A stretch of DNA of 64,000 nucleotides from Macrostomum hystrix (lineage: Eukaryota; Animalia; Platyhelminthes). Positions 24,317 to 35,700 of this stretch are shown here, piece after piece; positions within the stretch are counted from its first letter, which is position 1, and the number at the start of each line of letters is the position of its first letter. The translations under genes were made by a program, and so were the position numbers. The notes under the pieces are model-generated. The model ran no database searches. It was not told the origin of the DNA and was given only the letters and a program-made list of their open reading frames with translations. The stretch is taken from NCBI GenBank assembly GCA_950097015.1, contig CATNEN010000024.1:7062576-7126575 (forward strand). The letters run 5' to 3'.

Positions 24317-26391
24317 TCATTTACAAATAACAAACCCTAAGCGTTATTTGTTTGCATTGCATGAGAAAGACAATATAAATGAGCGAATTGTTTTGCCAAA
24401 TAATCTACGAGATATTTGAGTATAGTAGATATTATCGAGACTTTTACGTAGTGTTTCAAATTGTATTGTTTAAATTGATGGATTTTGATTGTCAAGTTTT
24501 CAATTCCATTCGAATAGTGTGGAAGCAGCGGTTTCGCGTTTAACTCGCAATTTAGTCCCTGAGCTCGATTCCGCGGCATTAATTTGGAGCGCTGCCGCGG
24601 AGCGAAGGTTTAGTGGCTTGTCGTGCAATTTACGAGTACGCCCTCAACAGTTGGACTATGTGAGAGATACAATTCAGACTACTGTCAACAGTAGAAAAGC
24701 AAAGACTTGGCTGCAAAATTCTCACATAACACAAAAAATATCGCCATAAAAATGGCAAGGCTAAAAGAGACTTCTGTGCACACTAAGAGTGGTGGCTATG
24801 GCTGACTGAAGGCAAACAAGCCAGAAACCGGTCTCGGTCTGCCAGCGCGAGGTTCGTTCCCCACTTTTAGTGTGCTACAGACTACCAAGCCCTTTTGCCG
24901 CCCGTTTTTATACCAAGGGGGGTTTTGACAGCGCCTGAATGCTAACAGCGTTGGGTGGTGACTGATTGGTTGACAGACTAGGCGATGGTATCCTGTGGTT
25001 GAGCTTCGCCTATTAGGCTTGATCCGTGAAATAGGAGAAGTTTGTGTCAGGTTGTGTATGGTGGCCTAGTTACACCTGTTGTTGCTCTGTAAGGTTCAGC
25101 AGTTCGTCTATATAAAGGTGGGTGACCACCGAAGAAGGAGATAATGCAGGCACATTTGGGTGACATTCTGATGAATTTTGAAGGCCTGGCAAGGCCGCAC
25201 TGAGGTGCAGTGCTAATTCGTGTATACTAGCGCTTATGGGAAAAATCTGACCTTTGGCCCTAACCATTAAATATCTCGACGTTCTGAAGAGCTGGCGACT
25301 TGATTATTGTTTAAGAAGATGCGCAATTAAAAGTTGGCCCGTGTTCTTGAGTTTCGTGTGATTGCGTTGCCCCATTCGGGTGCAGCAGAAAAATTGTCTT
25401 TGTGCTCTTGTGTTAAGGGCCAACCTCCTGGGCACAGTGAGAGTGTACACTGCCTGACGATGAGAAAATCAGGACAGATGTACACACCTGTGTGAGTGTG
25501 TGCCTGCTTACAGTATCTGTGTGCGAGTGTGCTCAGTAGTCAGTGAATGGGCAGAGCTGCCTGATCCAAATGATTCGCGAGTGCCCTCAACCCGTCTGCC
25601 AATATTATTATTATAATAGCCCAGATCGGGCCAACTGTAAGTGGCACAGCCGCAGCTATTGCAAGGAACTATGTACACTACGAAACAATGTGTGTATGTA
25701 CTTGAGCAACACTTTTAATTACCAATTGATTCAGTTCACTCAGCTGCGAAATTGGTACTAGCATCAGCTGGGGTAGAAATTAAAGCTATAGTGTCATGGC
25801 GTCCTCCCAGTCCAAAAGGGGGCAGAGCTTCAGAAATATTAGAAATAGTTTTTAGTTTTGACAAGAACTTTATATGCAGCCTCTAAAAATGACATTATTC
25901 ATCTATACTCCATGACTCGACTGGTTGTTTTGCAAAGTGAAAGCGGCTGGAATATTTTTACACATTCGTGGACACATTTTTTGACAAGATGAACGTTGCA
26001 AATGCTACACCAAGTTATTAGGAGTCTACAGTAAAACAAAATTTGACGCTTCGATTTCATTCCTAGACGAGGCATACTTCGCAATCTGGTCTGTAGGCTT
26101 TGGCTGCGGCATAGTAACCTTGTTGTGTGAGCTAAAACCTGTTCACAATCGCATCTGAAGATATTTATCAGGCTATTTAAACTGCGATGCCAACTTTAAG
26201 ACGCATTTTCTGCGACTTTTTTCTATGAACTCAGAGGCAGTCTTATCGAAGAAGATTTTCTAAACTAGCTTACTTACTATATTGCTTGCTTGCGGACTTA
26301 TGTTCGCATAGCAGTTATTATAACTGTTTTATGCAGTTAGTTATCCGGGCGTGCAGTGGATTTCCAAATTTGGAGTGATACATAGAATATA

Positions 26392-28010
26392 TAGCATTTT
26401 GCGAGCTATTGCAGACTACGAGCAAGCAATTTAATCCCAGAGAGCAAAAACACACGCATTTCGAGCCTCGATGCTAACTGTCTATGGTAAAAAGTGTATC
26501 AAACCGGCAGGCAATTTAATCCATCGAGCACTCATTTAGGCACTGAAGCCCACAAACAGCGCTGTCTATGATGTTCCTCTCTCCGTTTTTCATCATGTCA
26601 GACGAAAGTGACCAAGCCAGCACCATTTTTGAAGACATCGACGGAATCGCTGCCGAAGATGACGGAGCGCCACCTGTGCAATATGCAAAGATTAGCGACG
26701 AAAAGCATAAATTGATAATCGACGCAATCGACAGAGGCGATAACAACAGAAGCATTGCGCGCTGGCTAAATGTAAAGGCCAAGACCGTTGCTAGCATTCG
26801 AAGACGGTACGAAATTACTGGCCGCAGTGAACGGCTGCGACGTGGCGGTGACCATTCGTCGAAGATGGCATTGGAACATGTCCAGGCGCTGCTGATAGCA
26901 CTGGACCAGAATTCTCTCTTGACTTTGAAAGAGATGCAGCGTATTTTACTGGATCAGTTTCCTGGAGTGCAAGTGAGTGAAGCAACCGTGAGTCATTCTC
27001 TGGACAAGCAGCTGATTACGTCAAAGTGCCTCGGTCGCGATCCTGATGTCCCGGAAACAATAAAAAATCCAGCCAACATAGCGCGCAGGCAAGAATTCGC
27101 ACAGTGGTTGACAGGCCTACCGATGGATTGCCGGCTGGTGTATGTGGACGAAACGGGATTCAACATTTGGACCTGTCGGTCATTTGGACGGAGCAGACGA
27201 GGTCAGCGAGTTCGCCGAGTTCTACACACACAGCGAGGTGTGCAAGTAAATGTAATTCAAGCTACTTCTTTTGACATGGGCCTGGTCAATCATAAAAACC
27301 ACAGCAATGGAATCATCTATGGGCAGTGGTACATCGTGATGGACGGACCCCGGTTCCACAATGCGGCCAGAATTCCGGCCCAGTTCGCGACAAACTGGCA
27401 CATCGTGGTTTTGCCTCCCTATTCACTATTCTTGAATCCTGTAGAATGCGCGCATTCATGCCTGAAGGCAGCCATCAAGAGGGAGTTGGCCCGACCAGCT
27501 GTGCAACTGGAACTGGACACTCCGCCTCCGGAAACTACGCTACGTGACTGGCGTGTCCTGGTGCTGTAGAGACTTTCCGAGGAAGCGACGGCAGAGATCA
27601 CACTTGTGAAGTGCGGCGGCTGGTTCAGGCAGATGCTGCACTATGTTCCGCGCTGCATCGCTGGGGAGGTGATTATGTAACTTTCTGAAGTCTGAACTTA
27701 TCTAAAAACCTTTCTGTGTGTTTCTTTCTATGCTGCAAGGTTTCGTTAAGTGAATTTGTTAACTTCTACTGTATCTTGTTCTTATTTTATCACATGGAGC
27801 TTCCAGGTTGATTCGGTTGGAGGCATGCATCAAATAAATTGAAATACTGAGCGCGATAGTGCTTAAATGAGTGCTCGATGGATTAAATTGCCTGCCGGTT
27901 TGATACACTTTTTACCATAGACAGTTAGCATCGAGGCTCGAAATGCGTGTGTTTTTGCTCTCTGGGATTAAATTGCTTGCTCGTAGTCTGCAATAGCTCG
28001 CAAAATGCTA
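26392..28010 (+). mobile_element. Tc1/mariner-IS630 DNA transposon with ~153-bp TIRs and TA TSD
   Basis: TIRs at 26392-26544 and 27858-28010 (one mismatch seen); TA at 26390-26391 and 28011-28012. Confidence 0.93.
26568..27569 (+). CDS. Tc1/IS630-type DDE transposase, probably defective
   Basis: HTH region, YVDETGF, VMDGPRFH, LPPYSLFLNPVE. TAG at 27567-27569 is followed by 36 more in-frame codons to TAA, and the first-to-second Asp spacing looks short. Confidence 0.85.
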   Translation: MMFLSPFFIMSDESDQASTIFEDIDGIAAEDDGAPPVQYAKISDEKHKLIIDAIDRGDNNRSIARWLNVKAKTVASIRRRYEITGRSERLRRGGDHSSKMALEHVQALLIALDQNSLLTLKEMQRILLDQFPGVQVSEATVSHSLDKQLITSKCLGRDPDVPETIKNPANIARRQEFAQWLTGLPMDCRLVYVDETGFNIWTCRSFGRSRRGQRVRRVLHTQRGVQVNVIQATSFDMGLVNHKNHSNGIIYGQWYIVMDGPRFHNAARIPAQFATNWHIVVLPPYSLFLNPVECAHSCLKAAIKRELARPAVQLELDTPPPETTLRDWRVLVL

Positions 28011-29380
28011 TAGTAGAGTAAGTAGACCTCATCTTCACTTAGCGCCATTGTCTCATATTGAAGGGATATTATGGTTGCACGCCTTGAAAATCTAAGCCCA
28101 TGAATTACTTTATCTGTCTTGCCAAGCTGACCATAATTTGGGCCATAGACATGTGGAGCGTGCACCAATGAAGCGTATTGTGACACGCTTCAACTGTCTA
28201 TGGGTAAGAGGTCCCCAAGGTCATTCAATCCCAGTGGAGAATGGCTATGATTGCACCAATGTATTTGACAGAGAGCGCGCACTCTTTGGCATTCTCTACA
28301 ATATCGTTTTAATCATGATCGCTTTCATAACTTGCGCAAATGGTCTTGTCCATAGACTACAGCCGCGCCCTAGGCGCCCTCTACAAAATATCATTGGCTG
28401 ACTTGTCTATGGTTCAGATAGAATATAATCTATGGTGGCCATCGATTTCAGACAGCCAAAGCGCCTGACACTGAATCGCGCCATCGGACCTCTTTTTGCT
28501 TTGGGGTTGCTCAGCTTTTTCTTGTTGTTGTTTCTGTGTTGCCGTAGCATTGCAAATCACTACAAAAGGCCATGCACCCAGAAGTTTACCATTCGACTAC
28601 CGACCACCAATTGACGTTGGTCAGAGCCTTCTCAGATTATGAGATTAGTGAGTTTTGAAAATAAATTTGTCTATGGCCCCTTTTCCTCGTCATCAGGACG
28701 ATGGCTACTTACACCGGAAATCGTAAAAGAAAACATTCTCAAAGAACCATTCTCAATCCAAAGCTTCGTTCGTTACGCTCATTACATGTATTTTAGATTG
28801 CAAAGAAATCGAATTGTAGAATTAAATTTTATAAATTTTCTATAATTTCCTCGGCGTATATCTAGATGCATTTTATAAGGCATTGCAGCATAAAATTGTA
28901 ACTAAGCAGACTATGCAAGAATCCAGAAAATTGACAAAAAAGATTTAAGCATTTTAGGAACAGGTACAATAAGTGTGACAATGTGAGGATTGATTTAGGC
29001 TAAATATTAGGCGATTAAAAATTAAATAAATTTTGCTACTAAAATATAACATTTTTTTCGCAGCCAGAAAACTTTCATGCGAAAAAGTTTGGCATTTATT
29101 GTACTCATGAATAGTAGGAGCAGGGCACAACAAAACGTTTCGCTAATCTAAAAAATATTTCAAAGACTGTTAGCCGTCTAAGCTTGATCGATTCTCGTCT
29201 TGGTTATATAACATTATAAATTAATTGACTGCAGGCGTTGTCAGTGAATCCGACTCGAGAATTTTAATCAGGTACATTTCATAGATGTACGGTGCACCGA
29301 TGCCAATAAGGTCCTTACGACAGTTCAGAATAGTCCTTACTGCTGACGGAAACAATCGAGACATTCAGCACCTGCTTGTT

Positions 29381-31930
29381 TCATGCAACAACTAGCGCTG
29401 GGGCGTCCTCGACATCGGCTGCGCCAGCCCTGATGTAATCCTTGAAGGCCTCCTCCCTGGCCTCGGCTCTGGGGTTATGACCAACGCGGAGCTCATTCTC
29501 CTCAACTAGGTAGGCGCGCTCCAGAGACCTAGTCATTATGTACACAGCTACCAAGGCTACCAGTACAGCGACCGCTGCTGCGATGGCGACACCAGCGATT
29601 GTCCCCATGGCTAAGCCAGTTTCCTTCGAGGGCAGTGGCACAACCAGGAAGTTCAGTCCCACCCTGAGGAAGTCGAGACCGCTGGCCAAATCAAACTCAG
29701 TCGAGTAGAAGCAAAACGGGTCAGACCGGCAGTCCATAGTGCCAGCGGCAATGCTTGGAATACCGTAAGCTGACTTATTGTGCTGGAGATTACTCATCAC
29801 TTTGCTGTTCGGGTAACTCAGCTTGAACACGGCTGTCAGATTCTTCCGTTTCTGCAGCTCGTCTAGCACACTCTGGCTCGATATTGGCCGTATTAGATAA
29901 GATAAAGTTGCGCTCTTTGTATCGAAATGGAACATGGACGCATAATCAACAAACAGAGGCTTGACGTCGGTAAGAAGTAGGTCATCCAGCATAAAGTAGG
30001 CAGAAATCTCGACGCCCAAATCCCTCAAGTAGGCGGCAGTGTCTTTGGATAGAGAGAATTTAAAGTTGGCGCCATTAATTACGCCACAGTTCTGAACGGA
30101 GCAGTTATTGTTCGGATTGATGACGAAGCTCTCTCGTGTTAAACGCTTTAAAAATATGACGTCGGTGCCAGTTTGAGTTCGATATTCCGACATGCCTACT
30201 AGCGCAGATTCGACCGAATCAACAGACGCATTGCACACAAACCGGTGGCTGAAGTTTGTGTGCAGTGATGGATTCACTGGCGGCACGCGGACCACATTCA
30301 CTGATAAAGTTTTTTGGGGCCCAGCAGTTGTTGTTGTAATACTCATCCACTTGTCGGTAGCTAATAACTTCTGACGAAATTCTTCGCTGGTAAGACCAGC
30401 CCAGTTAGTCCGACTACCACTCGGCAAGTGCATGTAGAACATGGGAGACACTGTCACAGAGCTCAGTCCCCCGAATCTAGCCGTGCAGTTATAGATCAAT
30501 GACTCGCCCTCCATCGCGAACACTTTTTCAGGCAGCAGACCGGAAGCCGCAGAGCCTGAGCTGCTTCCGCTCATGGAAGACGCATTCGTGGTAAATTGCG
30601 GCATTGAAATTACTGTCACATTAAACTGGAACGACTTTGAACCAGCTTCACACCTGTAGGGGCCCGAGTGCTCATCTGATACGGAAGTGGTAAACTCTAT
30701 AATATTGCCAGTTTTGTACACCCGAATACCTTTGATCAGAGTCCATTCTTCGGAAGCGAGCAATAAGTTGTCGCCTCGAAAGAATCGGTACGCCTGGCTC
30801 TTGTCGTCGCAGAGAATGGGACAGACAAGCGCAGTGGTGTCCATGCCTGATATGATAGTCACATTGCCATTGGCATTTCTTGCCACTTCACAGCGTCTCA
30901 AATGCATAGAGTATGCAGGGTATTTAACATGGTTAACCGGAAAACGTTCATCAACAGCCTGAATACTATCATAGGGCTCGGACTTTCCGGAGAGTGACAT
31001 GAGGGTGCAGATGCCTATTGTGCTTTGCGGTTTCGCTTTATTGTAGAGCAAAGCAATTTCGTGCTTCAGTCCGGAGGCAGAAAATTCAAAATAGCCACTT
31101 TCTATGTCTAGATGCATCAGCTTCTGCAGATTCTGAAGGCGGAAGTCAAACTTCGAATAGTAGCTTACAAACAGAATGGCCTCGCCAGGCGGGCTGTACA
31201 GACAGGAGCCGGCATTGAAATACAATTTGGCGCCCATTGTGATTTTGCTTTTAAAAAACCGAGGTGACGATTTAACAATCTGCGAAACCGTAGGCTCAAT
31301 AAAGAGAACCGATGGAAACGGACCGTCTTGTGAATAGTTCAGCTTCGTCATTAGTTCAATAGCAGCCGCGGTGAGAAATTTTCTTTGCAAGGCGCCTATC
31401 GAACCAGCATTGAATAAACTCAAGGGATCTAGGTTGTACAGAAAAAGAGGATTTGACTGAATCGAGCCGCCAGCCCATTCAACGCGCACCCTCAGCTTCA
31501 CATTCCTATTGGCCACTTCGTCGTATTGAATAGACGAAACGCCCATTTTTAGCTCGAATTTGCCCTCGACTGTGACACTCGACTGTACGGTAAACGGAAT
31601 AGAACCTGGGCACCGAACCACGGACGAACCAGTGAGCTGTGTGCTCAAATCAACCTCTTCAGACCGTCCGTCAAGCGGGCACTCGTACATTAGAATCGTT
31701 TTCAGATGGCTACCGACGACACCGCTTACTGACACATTGATATAGATGATCTTGTCCTTGGTCAGTATAGAAAGCACGCTGGACGATCCGGCTTCCCAGG
31801 TGTCGCTCCAGAACAGAAGCACCTTGTGGTTAGGAGAGAAGTCGAAGCGAGGCATCCGCTGGGCCGCGACGCCGATGATGCAGCCGCTGCCAAGGCCGAT
31901 TAGCAGAGCCAATAGCACAGAGGACCTCAT
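29381..31930 (-). CDS. Paralogue B: single-exon type I membrane Ig protein, 849 aa, short L1-like tail
   Basis: Intact ORF colinear with A: MPRF..W.AG, NLDP, SGMDTTALVCPILC, HSGPYRCEAG, CFYSTEFD, TM, then RAYLVEENELRVGHNPRAEAREEAFKDY. Confidence 0.9.
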   Translation of the reverse strand: MRSSVLLALLIGLGSGCIIGVAAQRMPRFDFSPNHKVLLFWSDTWEAGSSSVLSILTKDKIIYINVSVSGVVGSHLKTILMYECPLDGRSEEVDLSTQLTGSSVVRCPGSIPFTVQSSVTVEGKFELKMGVSSIQYDEVANRNVKLRVRVEWAGGSIQSNPLFLYNLDPLSLFNAGSIGALQRKFLTAAAIELMTKLNYSQDGPFPSVLFIEPTVSQIVKSSPRFFKSKITMGAKLYFNAGSCLYSPPGEAILFVSYYSKFDFRLQNLQKLMHLDIESGYFEFSASGLKHEIALLYNKAKPQSTIGICTLMSLSGKSEPYDSIQAVDERFPVNHVKYPAYSMHLRRCEVARNANGNVTIISGMDTTALVCPILCDDKSQAYRFFRGDNLLLASEEWTLIKGIRVYKTGNIIEFTTSVSDEHSGPYRCEAGSKSFQFNVTVISMPQFTTNASSMSGSSSGSAASGLLPEKVFAMEGESLIYNCTARFGGLSSVTVSPMFYMHLPSGSRTNWAGLTSEEFRQKLLATDKWMSITTTTAGPQKTLSVNVVRVPPVNPSLHTNFSHRFVCNASVDSVESALVGMSEYRTQTGTDVIFLKRLTRESFVINPNNNCSVQNCGVINGANFKFSLSKDTAAYLRDLGVEISAYFMLDDLLLTDVKPLFVDYASMFHFDTKSATLSYLIRPISSQSVLDELQKRKNLTAVFKLSYPNSKVMSNLQHNKSAYGIPSIAAGTMDCRSDPFCFYSTEFDLASGLDFLRVGLNFLVVPLPSKETGLAMGTIAGVAIAAAVAVLVALVAVYIMTRSLERAYLVEENELRVGHNPRAEAREEAFKDYIRAGAADVEDAPALVVA

Positions 31931-34019
31931 AGCCTTAGTTCAAGATTGGGTGAGGTTTTTTATTGCAAATGACTCCTGTGCACTTTACAGGTTCATTGTT
32001 ATAAACACCTCGAATGGTTAGCAAAAAATATAAAAGAATATAAAATGAATTCCTTGCTGCTAGTGTGACTCCATCGCTATACATTCTATAGCAAATAGTT
32101 GTGCCACAACACAAAGTATAAGTGAACAGAACTAAATAGTGAACAAAAAATATGAAAATTTTTACTCACAGGAAGACTAGTGTAGACTTTTTTGAAGAAA
32201 TAAGGATAGAATGTCTGACTTATATTTTGACTTCGTCTTTTAACTTAAGATATTTTTTATTTGCTCGTATTCAGCGCTCGACTTTTGAAGTCAGTTATAA
32301 AAAGTGGTCTTTCTGGGTCGTGTCTTTCAGTTTTTTTTCCAAGCAATTAGCATTATTCCTTAAACTTGTTGTTTTACAAATACAAAATAGAAATAAAAAT
32401 GCAACAGATTTTTTCATGGTACTGCATTCTTAATACCTTTTGTTCTAATTTCATCGAGTAAAACTAAAACCGGAAAATTCGTAATACGTTCGCTAGAGAC
32501 AAGCAATGTTTGTAATTTTCATGGCTTTTGTAATGCATCCTAAGTTGGCCGGTCCAACGACCTTATAGCCAAAACAATAGTGGCCCTTGATATCAACATC
32601 GCTTTGAACATTAACACATTGAAGGCTCAGCAGCCCCGATTAGATATTGCGTCACAGATGGCCGGAAACCAGTACTGCAGGTGCGAATAGAAATGTGGTG
32701 TATTTACCTCCTAATTTTTTCAGAGTCAATACAAGGAACACACTAGGAGTAGAAGGACGGGAAACACCTAGCTCACCTAGGCAGCATGTGGAGGAGCACC
32801 CGGTTATGTGAGAAATGTCTATGGAAGAATCTGTGTGATCAGAAATGGCCATGCACATCTCCCTGAGTCAGCTCTGTTGAGAGAAATCAGGTAATCAAAA
32901 AACTTTTCGGTTAATTATAGGCATAGCGGAATGGGCTCATGCTCTCGGTTGAGCCATTTCTCTATAGCTAAGGTGATCTCCCGCTGGCAGCTCTCAGGGT
33001 TGACACCATCCTTGGGTAGTTTGATCCACGAAATCATTGCCGAGGATCTTGTTGTGACCTGATCTGTTAAGTGCCACTAGGGTTTGCACGATTTTGAATC
33101 ATTTTGACACCATTTTAGATGAGATTTTAGCGGCAGTCAGGGCCTAATGACGGCTTGGCTTTCGGAGTAATCATATTGGCCTAGTCATTGTATAACCTAC
33201 GAGTACTAGCATTAAGACCAACTTAGCAGGAGTGAAGCTTTGTAAAATTCGTTGGAGCAACACGTTAGGTAAGTTAGCTCGAATATAAAAAGAGCTGTAG
33301 ATCTGATTTCAACAAAAGCGATCAACATTTTATTGTAAAATGTGAAAATTTCTAATCTCAGTATTTTTCGTATTTTCGAGGCGAAAGGCGGCTCCTAAAC
33401 ATTTTGAATAGGAAATACACCTATAGCTCAGTTGGGCCAAATGTGCAGCCAATTGCACAGCCGCAGCAACTGCGCGGGCCCTAAAAAGGCTGCGCACAGC
33501 TGTTCAGTCTGTGGACTGGGGAGGCCGCGAAACCCACCCTAGTTAATGCTGAGACCCAATATGCAGCTGGCAGACTGCATAGCAGAGTTTCAGAGTTTAG
33601 CGACTTCCTGAAGGACACTGATTACTCGTATAAAAGTTTAGGAATCTGAAAGGAATAAATTAAAAACGTCACAGCGATAGCTACAGGCTGAAATAAGCAC
33701 TGGAGAGAACGAGAGAAGGTTTCGCAGAAGAGAAATAAAATGACGTGCCCTAAGCCCCCGTTTCATTGCAGCGCAACGCCCATCAACAACAGCGGCTACA
33801 CTGAGGGCGACGCCACGGCAGCACGGGAACTTGCAGGACCTGGTTTAGAACCGGACCCGAGGAGAGAGCCGACGGAGTAGAATCGTCACCAGCTGTGCCT
33901 CGGCGAGCTGAGCAGCTTAAATAGGCTCGGAGCTCCTGGCAAGCACTAGGTTGATGTCTGACTCAATTGACATTAATAATTCGTTTCTTGGCCGATCTTT
34001 TTGTGATCATTGCCGTAGC

Positions 34020-35700
34020 AGGACAGAAAGTCAGGTTGGACGTTCAGCTTACCAGGAACATACTTGATGTCGAAGTCGTAGACAAAGAGTCTCTCGCGCC
34101 AGTGTTGAAGTCGAAGAGGCCGCTGGTAGGCTCCTCGCGCTTATAGCAGAGTGGTCAGACTTCCGGCCGTATAGCAGCAGGTGCCAGTGCTCGCAGCTCC
34201 AGACGCAGGCCAGAGCCTCCTTCTCTGTAGCGGAGTGACGGCGCTCGGTGTCAGACAGAGCGTGCGAGGCGAAGGCGACTGGGCGCAGCTGACCGCACTC
34301 GTCGATTTGGGTCAGAGTAGCGTCCAAAGCGACGTCGCTGCTGTCACATGAGACAACTGATCCGTGGCTCAGATCGAAGAACTTTAGGCACGGAGCTGAT
34401 GAGACGAGCCGCTTGACCTCGCTTAATGCAGCCTCGCACTTCTTGTCTCAGTTCCAGAGCGTCTCCTTGCGCAGAAGTACCGTCAGCGGCTCGGCGACGT
34501 GCGAAAGGTTTTTGATGAAGAACTAGAAGAACTTGGCAACGCCGAGAAAAGAAGCGAGCACCGCCGTGTTTGCCGGTGCCTTGATTTTGGCCACGACTCG
34601 GCATGGGACTAAAGCGGCTGGATGTCGGCAGCACTGAATCGATGTCCGACGAATACGATCTCCGGAACCTTAAAGACACACTTCTTGAGGTTGATGGTCA
34701 CTCGGTGCTGCAGCAGTTTGTCCAGGACTCGGAGAACGCGGTTGTAGTGCTCGGCTTCCATTGCCGCGTGTACTGCAATGTCGTACCTTCCAGGATCTTG
34801 CCGACGACTTTCTTGAAGGCCGCTGAAGCTGAGCTGATTCCGAACGGCATTCGCTTGAATCGTTACAGGCCGGATTCGGTATGGAAGCAGGTCAGGTTCT
34901 TGGCCTCGTCGTGCAGCGGCAGTTGCAGTTACGACTGGTTGAGATCAATCCACGAGAACAACTTAGAGTTGGTAAACTTGGTAACTAGGTCGGCGAATGT
35001 CGGAAGTGACATCGAGTCTGGGACAATCGCCTTGTTGACACTGCGCAGGTCGACACAGAGACGAAGCTTCCCATCAGACTTCCTGGCGCAGGTGACATTG
35101 GATTGCCAATCGGGAACGTTGCCGCCAACCCACTCGACGATGCCTTCCTCCTCCCAGCACTGGATCTCTACTCTTGGCGCACTGATTCTACACTCTTGGG
35201 TCAGGGCGAGCGGCAGCCGGCGCAACCGTTGGGCCACCGGCGATCATTGATCCTTACGTCGGCTTTCTTGTACTCGGCTTTCTTGCCCGACAGCGACGAT
35301 GCTCTGCTGGCTGGATCTGTCCTCCTCGACACCTTGAACCTTCTTGCGGCCTGAGGCCGGTGCCGCGGCACTTTTCTTGCACACCTTGGCGAAGTGGTTG
35401 AGCCTGCCGCACTTCGTGCACGCCTTCCCTCGTGTCGCACAGCGCGGATCACTGCCTGTACAGTGGTCTGGCTTGCCGCAGTGCGAGCAGCAGAACTGAA
35501 CCTGCTGACCCGCCTGGCGCTGCTTGGCTGCTGTCTTGCCAGTCAGCGATTTCTCGCTTTGGACCGCCAATTCCACCTGGTCTGCGATCTGGATTGCTCT
35601 ACCCAGCGTGAGTTCTTTCACCAGGAGGAGTCGTTCGCGCACCTTTACTAATTGTGTCGCTTCGCTCCGCCCTTTCCTTGCCCGATGCACGTTCGTTCAT
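34020..35700 (-). mobile_element. Degenerate Ty3/Gypsy (Mag-like) internal fragment: gag zinc knuckles, RT, RNase H
   Basis: CSHCGKPDH...CTKCGRLNHFAKVC; GKLRLCVDLRSVNKAI; MPFGISSASAAF; PVAFASHALSDTERRHSATEKEALACVW; YDFDIKYVPGKLNV. Many frameshifts and stops; no protease or integrase seen. Confidence 0.88.

Noticed and set aside
25900-28400. Possible degraded piggyBac-like host element around the Tc1 insertion (WCSICNVHL at ~25990-26015, minus strand)
   Set aside because: Only a short Cys motif; no DDD catalytic motifs could be recovered.
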